A DNA stretch of 64,000 bases, taken from NCBI GenBank assembly GCA_964016885.1, contig OZ024753.1:31620001-31684000 (forward strand), given 5' to 3'. Shown in pieces: positions 13,622-27,667 of the stretch (positions are counted from its first letter, which is position 1; each line of letters begins with the position of its first letter). The notes under the pieces are model-generated. The model did not search any database, was not told the origin of the DNA, and worked only from the letters and a program-made list of their open reading frames with translations. The position numbers were made by a program, and so were the translations under genes. Source of the stretch: Eledone cirrhosa. Its lineage: Eukaryota.

Positions 13622-13706
13622 AACCGTTTCCAGAATACGGTATCGTTGTAATTGTGTTGGGCATTCTCCTAATCATCGTCCTGCTCTCGGCATTCTTTAT
13701 TTATAG
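13622..13706 (+). CDS. NPR1-like: Receptor guanylyl cyclase exon, transmembrane helix
   Basis: tttgtag|AA CCG ... TAT AG|gtaagc; 85 nt, phase 1->2. (K)PFPEYGIVVIVLGILLIIVLLSAFFIY(R) is a hydrophobic helix ending FFIYR as in NPR1/2. Confidence 0.93.
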
Positions 13707-13974
13707 GTAAGCATTTGCTCATATTTTATCAACTTTCCTTTTTATTTAATTTAACAATTAGATGTATGGGAATACTAATATTTCTATTTTGCTTAGATGT
13801 CAATGTGTGTATGAGATTCAGAATAGTTTCACTATATCTTTGTGTGCCCTAAGAGGCGACTAAAACGTTTGGTACTAGGAAGAATATGTGGTTGTAAAGC
13901 ATTGTCTCATGATGTTTATTAAGTCTATCGTGAATCTGAAAATCAGTACCATGCTTTTTTCGGAAAAAATTACC

Positions 13975-14419
13975 TTATCCCTTTAGCATTTACATTACTT
14001 TATATTTATTATTATATTTTCACAGTAAACACTTTATCTCACATAATTATCTCACATGATATCGAATCTACGAGATTTTGATATTATTTATTTTGAGAGC
14101 GGTGGATTGAGGGCGGTGGATTGGCAGTATTGGTAGAGAGTCGGACACCATGCTTTGAAGCGTAGAGTTACGTCCCTTTATGATCTGAGTTCAAATCCCG
14201 CCGAAGTTAACTTTGCCTTTCATCCTTACGGGGTCGATAAAATAAAGTACCAGTAATGTACTGGGTAATTGCTGGCCTTGTGCCTAAAATAGAAACAATT
14301 ATTTATTTTGAGAACAATACCTTAACATACTTATGAGTAGCTAGTTACGGTCAGTTTGGACAGGAAGAGGTGAGAGAATTATGGCCGGATATGGCCGGAT
14401 TAAATGCTAGAAAGGTTAA
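13975..14419. mobile_element. piggyBac-like MITE (degraded)
   Basis: Left ttatCCCTTTAGCATTTA, right TAAATGCTAGAAAGGttaa: imperfect TIRs with TTAA-like target. Confidence 0.55.
14111..14300 (+). mobile_element. Cephalopod SINE nested in a piggyBac-like MITE
   Basis: gggcggtggattggcagtat...gagttcaaatcccgcc (B box)...tttgcctttcatccttacggggtcgataaaataaagtaccag...agaaacaatt; TSD attatttattttgaga. Confidence 0.88.
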
Positions 14420-15185
14420 AACACCTATTGTATGTTTTTAAGTGGTTTGTTCATGCATTTAGTGTTTGTGGTGCTGTTCTTATCTTGCTACTACTAGCAT
14501 TGCTTTTGTTGTTGTTATTGGTGATGGTGTTTTTGTTGTTTCTGTTGTACTTAGGTCAACAATTTCCCAAAACACTTAAAAACAAAAGTGTTCCATCCAT
14601 GACCTTCCTGTCATTTTTTTTGTTTTTGTTGTTGTTTTTTCTTTTTTTTTTATGTATACATTATCTAACACGACAGGCTACATATATTTTTAAGAGAGTG
14701 GATTGTGATTTGAGGGAGATTTGGATGCAATTTTTAGAAAGTCATGTTTAGTGTATTTTTATGAAGCTATTAACATTTGAAATACCATCATTATTGACAT
14801 ATAACAATCTGTTCAGCCTTGATCATGCATTTGCAGAAAGATAGCAGTTACAACTATGCCCATCTCACCTTTTCTATTTTTTTCTTCAAACTTTTAACTG
14901 TTGAACATCCAGTTTATCATTCAAACATTTAAGTTGGTTTGATATAATTTGAGAAAATTTGGCTGCTAGTCAAGATACTGTATACATGCTTCCATGCTGG
15001 TTTTAAAGTCTGGTGTTGTTCTTATTGCTCAGCCTTGGATTTGCCTGATAAAGCAAATATATTTGCGTGATTAGCAAGATACTTGGTATCTATTTTTAGC
15101 AGATTGTATGACTTCATAGGGACTCTTACATATAAAGGACTGGTTAACATGCGTAATAGCTAGTATTTATTATATATAATTGATA

Positions 15186-15373
15186 GGCCGGTGGATTGGC
15201 AGTATCAGTAGAGGGTCGGACACCATGCTTTCCAGCATAGTTACATCCCTTTACGATCTGAGTTCAAATCCCGCCGAGGTTGACTTTGCCTTTCATCCTT
15301 ACGAGGTCGATAAAATAAAGTACCAGTAATGCACTGGATAATTGCTGGCCTTGTGCCTAAAGTAGAAACAATT
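15186..15373 (+). mobile_element. Cephalopod SINE
   Basis: Full copy; TSD attatatataattga. Confidence 0.88.
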
Positions 15374-15989
15374 ATATATAATTGAGAAACCCTTATTAGG
15401 TAAGACAGTCATGGGATCATAAATGCAATGGGCAACAAATTGACGGAGTCATTAGAATATTGGATAGAATGTTTTACTGCATTCTGTCCAGCTCTCTGAG
15501 CTCTGAGTTCAAATCCTGCCAAGGTCAACTGTGCCTTTCATTCTTTCGAGGTTGATAAAAAATGTACTAGGCCAGTACTGGATTCAATTTATCCTCTATA
15601 TATCTTCTAACTTCTTCTCTCTCACCTTCTCTGGAAGAAATAAGCTGTATTACAACCTGGAGAGGGGTGAAATCTGCCAAGTCTAAAATGGCCAGGAAAT
15701 GCTGTATGCCGCTATTGTACATTTACAATTAAACAAAGTGTTACATTTTAATACATACAAGACATTCATGTATTTCATAGTATTAAAATTACAAATCATA
15801 ATTCTTGAAATATAGTATTTTAGGGGTTGCCTATTAAAGTTTTTATGTTACAAATCACTAAAAAAAATTAGAACTTGTTAATGAATAAATAGAGGAAGGA
15901 AAGATTATAAAAAAAAATTCAATCATCAGATTGGACGAGCAAAAATATATTTCTATTGGTCTTTCCATTGCTGATATCTGCTGGTTGCT

Positions 15990-16255
15990 GATGATGACAA
16001 TGATGATGATGATGATAACGAGTATGATGATGATGGGGTGGCATTTGTGGTGGTATTAATGATGACGATAATGATGATGAGAAGGATGTTGTTGAAGACG
16101 ATGATAATGATGATAATGATGATGGTGATGGTGATGGTGGCAGTGCTGGTGGTATTGATGATGACGACAATAATGATGATCAGGAGGATGATGTTGAAGA
16201 TGATGATGATGATATTGTTGAAGATGATGTTGTTGAAGATGATGATGATGATAAT
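15990..16255. repeat. (GAT)n-rich trinucleotide low-complexity tract
   Basis: Direct observation; a similar tract lies at 45494-45665. Confidence 0.9.
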
Positions 16256-16548
16256 ATTAAATTCCTCCTGTCTATGATATTTCTCGATATACTGTTACAA
16301 TGTTCAAATTAAAAGGGGATAAGGGGAAAAATATTATATGATTATATGAATTATTCAAGTGTTTAAGGTGAATAAGATGTAACCCTGGATGAATGCAAAC
16401 CCTAGTTCAGTGAGGAATAGGGCCCACCTCTCAATCTTTCATTTATTTAAATCAACTGTTCCATTTCAATATGGATACAAAATATTACTTGATATTACCA
16501 AATGTTGATATATACCGGAGTGTATGTGTGTTTGTATATATATATATA

Positions 16549-16960
16549 TGGTGGCTGCCAACTCGTTTTTGAGTATGGCCACTACTTTATATCCATGTAG
16601 GAGAACCCCTACCGATGCGCTGAACGAGTGTGACTTTTTAGTCCAGCCAGCGACTTGAAAACTCTGGTACAAACACTACACTTGTGACAATTATTGACAC
16701 ATAGTGATGGGCCCATGGCACCATGTGACGACAAGTGCAGAGAGATCTCCAGATATAAAGCAATGCCTGTGCCGTGAAGCTTTTATAGTGAGTAAAGGCA
16801 CTGCACAAAGCCAGTCCCACTCTCTTAACCAAGATGATATTTACCAAAAAGAAGAACAAGTCAACATCATTGGATACCATCAGAGTTGCAGGTCTTACAT
16901 CAGAGTTTTCCTTCTCCTAGAATTCTGCCTTGACAAAGGCTAAGGCGTCATCTCTCCCCG
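16549..16960 (-). mobile_element. Unclassified non-coding retroposon, copy 1 (5'-truncated)
   Basis: High identity to 25612-26217 and 26387-26934; same fixed end ggtggctgccaactcg; flanked by microsatellite. Strand inferred from the truncation pattern. Confidence 0.75.
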
Positions 16961-17108
16961 ATGTATACAAATACATACATATACACACATATATACACAC
17001 ACATGTACATATATATACACACATACATATATATATATACATATACACACATATATATATATACATATACACATACACACATAAACATACATATATATAC
17101 ATATACAT

Positions 17109-17187
<79 letters not shown>

Positions 17188-17578
17188 TATATAAATGTGT
17201 TTGTGTGTGTGTATATATATGTGTGATATATGTGTGTGTATGTATGTATATATGTATATATATGTGTGTGTATATATATATATATGCATGTTTGCATATC
17301 TATATATATATATGTATGTGAGTGTGTGTGTATATATATATATATATATATTATAAATGTGTGAATGTGTTTGTTTATATATATGTGCATGTGTCTACAA
17401 ATGAGGTTTCTGGTTAGCGAGTTTGTTTCATGGTCATAAGTTTGTCTGATGCTGTGCCCCTTTGTGGACCAGTTGTACCGTTGGCAGGGATCGAAACTGG
17501 CAAAAATCATCTCAACGGCTTTTTGTATTTTTATTTTCAAAATTGTTTTCGTTCGTTGTCTTGTCTTGTCAATTTCCC

Positions 17579-17615
<37 letters not shown>

Positions 17616-17619
17616 TGTC

Positions 17620-17671
<52 letters not shown>

Positions 17672-18159
17672 ATGTATATATTTAATGTATGTATAATGTA
17701 TATATTTAATGTATGTATGTGCGTGTGTCTATGTATATGTAAGAATGTGTGTGTGTGAAATATTTTAAGCACGTCCATCATTACGTTCAGCTATACGGCA
17801 TATAATATTTGCACTACCGAGAAAGCTTTCACCTATGCAGTTTATCATTTCAATTGGTCGTTCTTAATATTTTGATCTTACAAAAATTGTGTAGCCTCCC
17901 AACGAAATGCTAAATTAGTACTAGTAAATATTTTCTGCTATTTCTGACGAGAATATCGAAGACTGAAGCCAACTAAATGGCGTCATTTTGATCACACCGC
18001 TAAGCTTAGATTTCCCGTATTTAAAACATCAAAAAGCTATAATTACAATTCCACTCTCCCAGCAGGCAATTGTATTGATCGTTTCACCTTAATTTCATAC
18101 AATATTATTCCATTGAAATTATTTCAACGCAATCTGGATAATTTCAAAATAACAGAGTT

Positions 18160-18236
<77 letters not shown>

Positions 18237-19265
18237 CTGTGTGTGTGTGTGATAAACTATCATTAATATATCAGATTGATATTATCTTTCTTCTTAAACA
18301 TCTATTTACATATACAAATTACAGATTTCAAAAATATCACCGATTGACAGTCTACAATTGTTATTCTGACTGTCACGGCATTCATATAATCGAATCTGCA
18401 TTTCTATGCTATGTGTGCGTGTGTCTGTGTTGTATGTGCGCATGTGTCTGTGTTTGTATATGTTGAGCGTGCATGTATGGGTGTGTATGTATGTGCATGT
18501 TATGTGTGCTATCTTACATTTTCGCCAGGGAGGGAAGGGCAGTACACATGACGCTTTTCAGAAACTCTGAGACAGATGAGAACTGAGGCAAGAAAGTTTC
18601 CTGCAACTGTAGACTTGGTCTGAGTGCTCACAACAGATTTGACGTGGTTAAAAGCACCCCTCCCTCTCTTTGGAAACCAACCCACCTGAAATTTCCCTTG
18701 TTCTGATACAAAACTTGCGTTTCCATATGTATATTAAAACCTTCGATCATAGTTTTATGTAAGAACCAATGTTTAAAACGAGAGTTTAATAATCAGAAAG
18801 TTAGTAAATTCTTACAATTTGGTTTGTATTTTCAAAGTGATTTGAAAAAACATAGGTACTGTCTTTTGAAATATGGTAAGAAAAGGACTAATGGTTTCTG
18901 ATTTAGGCACAAGGGTAACCATTCTGGAGATGGGGAAATCGATTAAATAGACTCCGGTGTTTTACTGGGGCTTTATTTTAACGACCCCGTCGAAACCGAC
19001 GGAGAATCGCTTAGCAGAGATTGTAAGATATCTCCCGATTGGAATTTTAATTGGGATACGTTTTGGAAATGTTTATCGCAATTAATCTTTAATTATGAAA
19101 AATATTTCTATAATCTATTCACGTAATATTTTTATGGTGGTTGATAATCGCAAATGTCTGCAGGCTACGTATTTCAGAAGTTGGTTGAGAGGTGTCCGAC
19201 TTTTCTTATAGCTAGTTTTCCTTATTTGAAATCATATATGTACATACATACACACACACACGCGC

Positions 19266-19327
<62 letters not shown>

Positions 19328-20081
19328 AAGTGTTAGCGTGTGTGTGTGTGTGTGCGCGCGCGTGTACGTGTTAGCGTGTGTGTGTGTGTGTGTGTGAAAC
19401 GAATACAGAAAAATACAACAGATGAGATTCAGAAAAAAAAAATATTAGCTTCACGCTTAATATAGTATGAATAGTCTTAAAGTTTCGGACACAAGTCTTT
19501 CATCGGAATATAGAATGAGAAATAAAAAAAAAAGAAATAGAAAGATAGAGAGTAGACAGGGTAAAAAACGAAGACACTTTCTTCGAGATAAAGTAGGTCT
19601 GTTTATTTCGCCTTCTCTTGGAAAGCTGTTGATAGGAGCGTGTTATAGGAGGTTCAGCTAGCCGCCTTTTAAAAGGCTTTGATCAAAGGCGCCTGTATAG
19701 TGCTGTAAAGGAAAGAATCCTTTTGTATTTAGAGTAAATATGTATGTGTATGTTTCTGTGCTGTTTTCGTTTAAGTGAGAGAGAGTGTGTGGGTGTTTGT
19801 TGTTGATTTGTACAAAGCTGTGAGGCGGTGGTGTTCTGACCGAATCAGAGTCGTAGGAAAGAAGGGGTGAATGTGGGCACACGTGACAGCGGTATAGAAG
19901 CATGCGCGAGCACGCAGCGATAAATATAGATTAAAGAAATTGTGGGGCCAGTTGAGTCCATTAGGGAAACTGGACCCAGGGCGGAAAATGAAGCTCTAGT
20001 TTGCCATGTTGTGATCCGAACACGTTAACCAGTAAGCCAGGTTCCTTCCCACACAAACATTTACACTTACACATACCTTGC

Positions 20082-20142
<61 letters not shown>

Positions 20143-20144
<2 letters not shown>

Positions 20145-21000
20145 AGAGTATTGAAGTTTGCTTGAAGCATTGTGGAACAATAAGTAAATATCTTTAAGTC
20201 GTTTGGAAGCCTCGACAATGCAAATGGGTAAATCTCTGGGTAACAAGGTCCGGTGGTGGAGAGAGAGATGTAAGTGGGTGTACGTTGAGATGCGTGGTGT
20301 GTATAAGATGTGTGAGATGTGTAGAATGAAGGGAAGAGTATAAAGGATAACATAGAAATAACAACACAAGAGAGAGTTACCTTGGGAGAGATTTAATAGT
20401 CCCTATATATTTCGGAATCACATCCATCAACTGGGGTTTTTTTCCGGGGTGGGGGAAAAGGTTGTCTGTCGGACAAGTCCGGAACGCGTCCTTCGCTGTT
20501 TGTTGTTTTGAATATTCAAAACAACAAACAGCGAAGATCAATTCAGAAAGGGCCGTACATTTCCTCTTATCTATTCTGTTAAAGGAATGGCGATGGTTAT
20601 ACCACCGAGCTTTGAAGCTCATCGCTGTGGATCCTATGTAGTGGTGCTCCGAGTTAGGGGTTGTGACCTTGCACCTGTAGACCACGTTTTTGGTCATGCA
20701 TTCATTACTAAGGGGGCATAGCGACGGGTCTCTGCAATTACATGACTTCTTAAGCCCCACTACATGTACCGCGTGGTTAGCATCACTCGGCGTTGGCTGG
20801 GTAGCCTCCACAATCAGCACAGGGTCGTTGAGTTCCCGTGTGCTAGTTGGGCCTGTCCGGGTCCGATGTGTCCCGCGTGCTGGTTCTGTTGGGTGGCTCC
20901 GGGTTTTACGGTGGTATTAGAGGCAATGAGCCTATTCCTATTTATGCCAGCTATATGCTGGGCTATGGAGCGTGTGGTTGAGTAGGAAAGTTTCACCGTG
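20143..21000 (-). mobile_element. PLE family C fragment with Naiad-type GIY-YIG endonuclease and pLTR
   Basis: Minus strand KLSYSTTRSIAQHIAGINR (linker), then CNCRDPSLCPLSNEC (CxCx5Cx5C) and NVVYRC...HYIGST...FKARWYNH; pLTR shared with 36946-37625; ends in (TA)n. Confidence 0.88.
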
Positions 21001-21058
21001 TGCCTGTTGAATATTTTATGGTACTTATGGGATGTGTGTGTGTGTGTGTGTGTTTACA

Positions 21059-21101
<43 letters not shown>

Positions 21102-21399
21102 ACATACATATGTGTATGTGTGTGTGTGTTAACATACATATGTGTTTGTGTGTGTGTATTTACATACATATATATGTGTATATATATATTCGCATTTATC
21201 TGTTCCTTAAGCGATTTCTGGAAGGGGTTAGATTAGTTAATAGAGAATTGCTAGGTATTCCATTAGTCGAATACTTTCCTTTATCTTCTGATCATTAAGC
21301 GAGCAGCTTCTATCAGTATATCAGTATGGATGTCTAGATGGTTTCATGTGTTGTTGTATTATTGAAAATATCGAGAGGTCATATTATAATTTGTATATT

Positions 21400-21612
21400 T
21401 GGAAGATTGGCAGTTTCGGTAGAGAGTCGGACGCCATGCTTTCCAGCATAGTTACGTCCCTTTACAGTCTGAGTTCAAATCCCGCCGAGGTTAACTTTGC
21501 CTTTCAAGCTTACGGGGTCGATAAAATACAGTACCAGTCACGCACTGGCGTCAATTTAATCGACTTCCCTTCCCCCAAATTACTGGCCTTGTGCCTATAT
21601 AAGAAACCATTA
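21400..21612 (+). mobile_element. Cephalopod SINE, long-3' subfamily
   Basis: Carries an extra segment cagtcacgcactggcgtcaatttaatcgacttccc, also seen at ~49070-49105. Confidence 0.85.
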
Positions 21613-21650
21613 TTGAAAATATCGAGAGGTCATATTATAATTTGTATTTT

Positions 21651-21838
21651 TGGAGGATTGGCAGTATCGGTAGAGAGTCGGACACCATGCTCTGAAGCAT
21701 AGAGTTACGTCCCTTTACGGCCTGAGTTCAAATCCCGCCGAGGTTAACTTTGTCTTTCATCCTTACGGGGTCGATAAAATAAAGTACTAGTAATGTACTG
21801 TGTAATTGATGGCCTTGTGCCAAAAGTAGAAACAATTA
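21651..21838 (+). mobile_element. Cephalopod SINE, short subfamily
   Basis: TSD attataatttgtat. Confidence 0.85.
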
Positions 21839-22072
21839 TAATTTGTATACGGTCCTAAGTTGTTGGTGGTATATGGTTAGAGTTTCTTAATTGTTGATTG
21901 TTCAGTTTATTTGTAGGTTCAATACTGTTTACACAACGTATAAATAAATATATATATATATACACACACATACACATACATATAAATATATACATATGAA
22001 TATACACGCACATATATTTACACGCATACAAATATATTCACACACACACACACAGACATTCACACACATATT

Positions 22073-22103
<31 letters not shown>

Positions 22104-22403
22104 GTGTGTGTGGAAATACGTGTGTGCGTGTGTGTGAATATGTTTGTGTGTGTGTGAATATATTTGTGTGCGTGTAAATATATGTGCGTGTATATTCATA
22201 TGTATATATTTATATATTTGTGTGTTTGTGCATGGTTGTTTGTAAGTCTATATGTATATAGTATATATGTGTATATCATAAATATATTATGCATGTATAT
22301 TATATATATATACGTGTGTCTGTTTGTTTGTGTGTATTAGAATAATGTGTATATTTTATGTATATTATATATATGTGTATGTTATATATCATACATATAC
22401 ATT

Positions 22404-22443
<40 letters not shown>

Positions 22444-24489
22444 ATACATGTTTATATATATATATTATATATATTATATATATAGAGATTACGTTATTAT
22501 TATACTATATATATACGTTATACTTTTCTTGGGCATTATGTTTCACTTTCAGGAACTCCCGGAAAGGAAACCGTGCCAGGATATCAACCTAATGCTAAAT
22601 AATTAAGCTCTATACGTGATATTGTTTATCTGTATATGTGTATATTAAATAGCAGAGGTGTTAAGATAACCGAACAGACTTTTAAATTTCTTTACGCACT
22701 TCTAACAATTTACATTAATATTGTGTTCTATGCATACCAGTTGTACGACATGTACACACTACGTGCGCCTTCTATACACAGAAGCGTATGTTTATTAACA
22801 TTTATTTAACATTTATTTGACATTTATTCTAAAAGAACTGCAAATAATTCCTACGTATATGCATGCAAATATATGTGAATGAGATATGTAAGGAAATAAA
22901 AATAGAAAGTAATAAAATTCGCTTTCAAGAAAATTGTATCATACTTTTTTTCCTATGTGCATGTAATATCGACCTGATGATGATATATATATGTATGTGG
23001 GTATGGTCCCGTAACTCCTGATGGAGTTGTACTAGGGTCTCCATAGTAACATACAGCGTGTCTTGGGTAATTTTAAACCTGGTGGAGCCCATCAACTCTC
23101 CTAGTCTGATTACAACCGATTTCTGCCAGAGAATGTGAAACAGGAATAAGGGAAGAATCGACTCCAGTACTGGACTGGCACTTTTTTTTATCAACTTCAA
23201 GATGGTGACTTCGGCGGGTTTTGGAATCAGAGAACCGAGAGCCTGTACGAATAACGCAAAGAATTCTGCCCAATGTTCTAACGAGTCTGCCAACGTTTAG
23301 ATAGGGAATTCCAGATGTGGAAACAATATTAATAATTGAAAAAAAATTGTGTAACCTTTTAAATGGCCAAAGGTTTAATGTGTAGGAAAGGAAACAGGAC
23401 AGTGTTACCATCTGTGACGTGACCATGTTCGATATTCTGAAAAGGAAAAGGGAGGAACTATATCCAGGGTAACCATTAGTAAACTATGGATGCACAAGTA
23501 ATTTAATGATATCACAGAAAGTATAGCATACGAGTAGAATAGAGACTTTGTGTGCGGCAGATACACATGGAGAGCTAGCAGTAATGAGAATAATTGAAAT
23601 AACTCTTCTCAATTCAAGAAAGGCTCTGCGTAAATAACTGATAGTTTCTGTTATTTAGATGTAGAATGGTATTTCGAAAATATGCTGATCAGCATAAGAA
23701 CAGAATAGGAGTTCAGATGGTGAGTACATATGTTGCCAACAAAGAGAATCTCTTTCTCCCTCTCTGCAAATGATGCTGTGTGATGTCTCGTTACATTGCT
23801 GTATGGTAGTACAGACCAGCCAACCTCTAAAACCCCTACCGGGGAGTACCATGAAAAAACATGCCCCAAAACGGGGAAAAATGAGGCAAAATGGGAAGAT
23901 TTTATATAATGAAAGCAATACCCATTTTCACGACAGAAGACATCTCTCACATACCCCAAAGTGTGTGAAAGATTTCTCCGTCGGGTGGGGAGAGTTGACA
24001 GGCCTGGTAGTAAGACATGGACATTGAATACAAAAGACATACGAAAGTTAGAATGAAATGAATCGAGCATGTTTCGTTGCGTGTACAAATAAGTACAGAT
24101 GAGTTGAGACAGAAAAAATGACTATAAAGGAAATTAGATGTTATGTGCAAGAGAGAAGATTGTATTTATATAAACACGTAAAGCATGTGGTTGGTAATTG
24201 TTGAGTGGTGAAGTGCCAGCAGTTCCAGGTGGATAAAGAATGGCGAGGAAGATTTACGTTGAAGTGATGAAAGCCGATCTGAAGATGCTGAGCCGAAGAA
24301 AGAAGATGAAAGGAAAGAAAAACTTGTGGAGATATGTTGTGTTAGAAAGGTTTCGTCCAAAACGGACTTAAAATGATGATGATATATTACACACAGGATT
24401 TTATTATTAGATATGTAAGGAAATGTATGCAGGCAATATGTAGACATGTATAATTTTTTAAAACTTAGCAATTTGAAGTAATTACAATT

Positions 24490-25605
<1,116 letters not shown>

Positions 25606-25611
25606 AATATA

Positions 25612-26217
25612 TGGTGACTGCCAACTCGTTTTCGAGTACGGCCACTACTTTATATCCATGTAGGAGAACTCCTACCGATGCGCTGAACGAGTGTGACTTT
25701 TTAGTCCAGCCAGCGACTTGAAAACTCTGGTACTAACACTACACTTGTGACAATTATTGACACATAGTGCTGGGCCCATGGTACCATGTGACAAGTGCAG
25801 AGAGATCTCCAGATATAAAGCAATGCCTGTGCCGTGAAGCTTTTATAGTGAGCAAAGGCACTGCACAAAGCCAGTCCCACTCTCTTAACCAAGATGATAT
25901 TTACCAAAAAGAAGAACAAGTCAACATCATTGGATACCATCAGGGTTGCAGGTGTTATATCAGAGTTTTCCTTCTCCTAGAATTCTGCCTTGACAAAGGC
26001 TAAGGGGTCATCTCTCCCGTTGATTTTGGATGGCCATTGACTCTTAAGAGCTCCTTTGCCTTTTGACAGGTTTTGTTTTTAGTCCTGCAGGATGTCCAAA
26101 GTCACCCTCCGCACCAAGAAACCTTGGTGGGGTTGCCAGTTTAGTCGCCAACGATTCGACCATGAGACAGGTTGTACTGGGATACATGTTACCAGTAGCA
26201 CCAACTGGTGACCTGAC
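25612..26217 (-). mobile_element. Unclassified non-coding retroposon, copy 2 (longest)
   Basis: ~600 bp, between (TA)n and (CATA/CATG)n. Confidence 0.75.
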
Positions 26218-26386
26218 ATACATACATGCATGCATACATACATACATACATGCATGCATGCATGCATACATACATACATACATGCATGCATGCATGCATG
26301 CATGCATATATACAAACATGCATGCATACATACATACATACATACATACATACATACATACATACATACATACATACATGCATACA

Positions 26387-26934
26387 TGGTGGCTGCCAAC
26401 TCGTTTTCGAGTACGGCCACTACTTTATATCCATGTAAGAGAACCCCTACCGATACGCTGAACGAGTGTGACGTTTTAGTCCAGCCAGCGACTTGAAAAC
26501 TCTGGTACAAACACTACACTTGTGACAATTATTGACACATAGTGCTGGGCTCATGTTACCATATGACGACAAGTGTAGAGAGATCTCGAGATATAAAGCA
26601 ATGCCTGTGCCGTGAAGCTTTTATAGTGAGCAAAGGCACTGCACAAAGCCAGTCCCATTCTCTTAACGAAGATGATATTTATCAAAAAGAAGAACAAGTC
26701 AACATCATTGGATACCATCACGGTTGCAGGTGTTATATCAGAGTTTTCCTTCTCCTAGAATTCTGCCTTGACAAAAGCTAAGGGGTCATCTCTCCTGGTG
26801 ATTTTGGATGGCCATTGACTCTTAAGAGCTCCTTTCGCCTTTGACAGGTTTTTTTTTTGTCCTGCAGGATGTCCAAAGTCACCCACCTCACCAAGAAACT
26901 GCCAGTTTAGTCGCCAACGACCCGACCATGAGAC
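26387..26934 (-). mobile_element. Unclassified non-coding retroposon, copy 3
   Basis: In tandem with copy 2, separated by the (CATA)n tract. Confidence 0.75.
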
Positions 26935-26972
26935 ATATATGCATATACATATATATATGCATGCATATATAC

Positions 26973-27003
<31 letters not shown>

Positions 27004-27061
27004 CATATATATACATATATATATACATTTATATGTATACATATATATATATACATATATA

Positions 27062-27097
<36 letters not shown>

Positions 27098-27146
27098 CAT
27101 ATATATGTATGTATATACATATATATGTATGTATATATATATTCTA

Positions 27147-27178
<32 letters not shown>

Positions 27179-27432
27179 GTATATACATATATATACATGT
27201 ATATATGTATATATATATATACATATATATATATATACATATGTACATGTATATATGTATATATATATATATATATACACATATGTACATGTATATATGT
27301 ATGTATATATGAATATATATATATACATATATATATATATACATATATATATATATTTATACATATGTGCATGTATATATGTATGTATATATGTATATAT
27401 AAATATATACATATATATATATATACATATAC

Positions 27433-27645
<213 letters not shown>

Positions 27646-27667
27646 CAGATATATATATACATATATA

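Noticed and set aside
13705-13710. In-frame stop (AGG TAA) on intron retention after the TM exon
   Set aside because: Any phase-2 GTAA donor produces this stop, so it is not evidence alone.
14404-14751. 115-aa hydrophobic ORF
   Set aside because: Low-complexity (TTG)n and poly-T sequence.
17440-19510. Degenerate hammerhead-like strings at ~17444-17500 (+) and ~19473-19506 (-)
   Set aside because: Core and triplet are mutated and stem I is poor; possibly old PLE ends but not supportable.
23300-24420. Possible ancient PLE linker/GIY-YIG remnant on the minus strand
   Set aside because: Only vague, frameshifted similarity; needs a translated search.
26085-26215. HDV-like ribozyme on the minus strand (GGUCACC/GGUGACU 7-bp helix with G.U)
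   Set aside because: No P3/L3, GG P1.1 or J4/2 elements in the required order.
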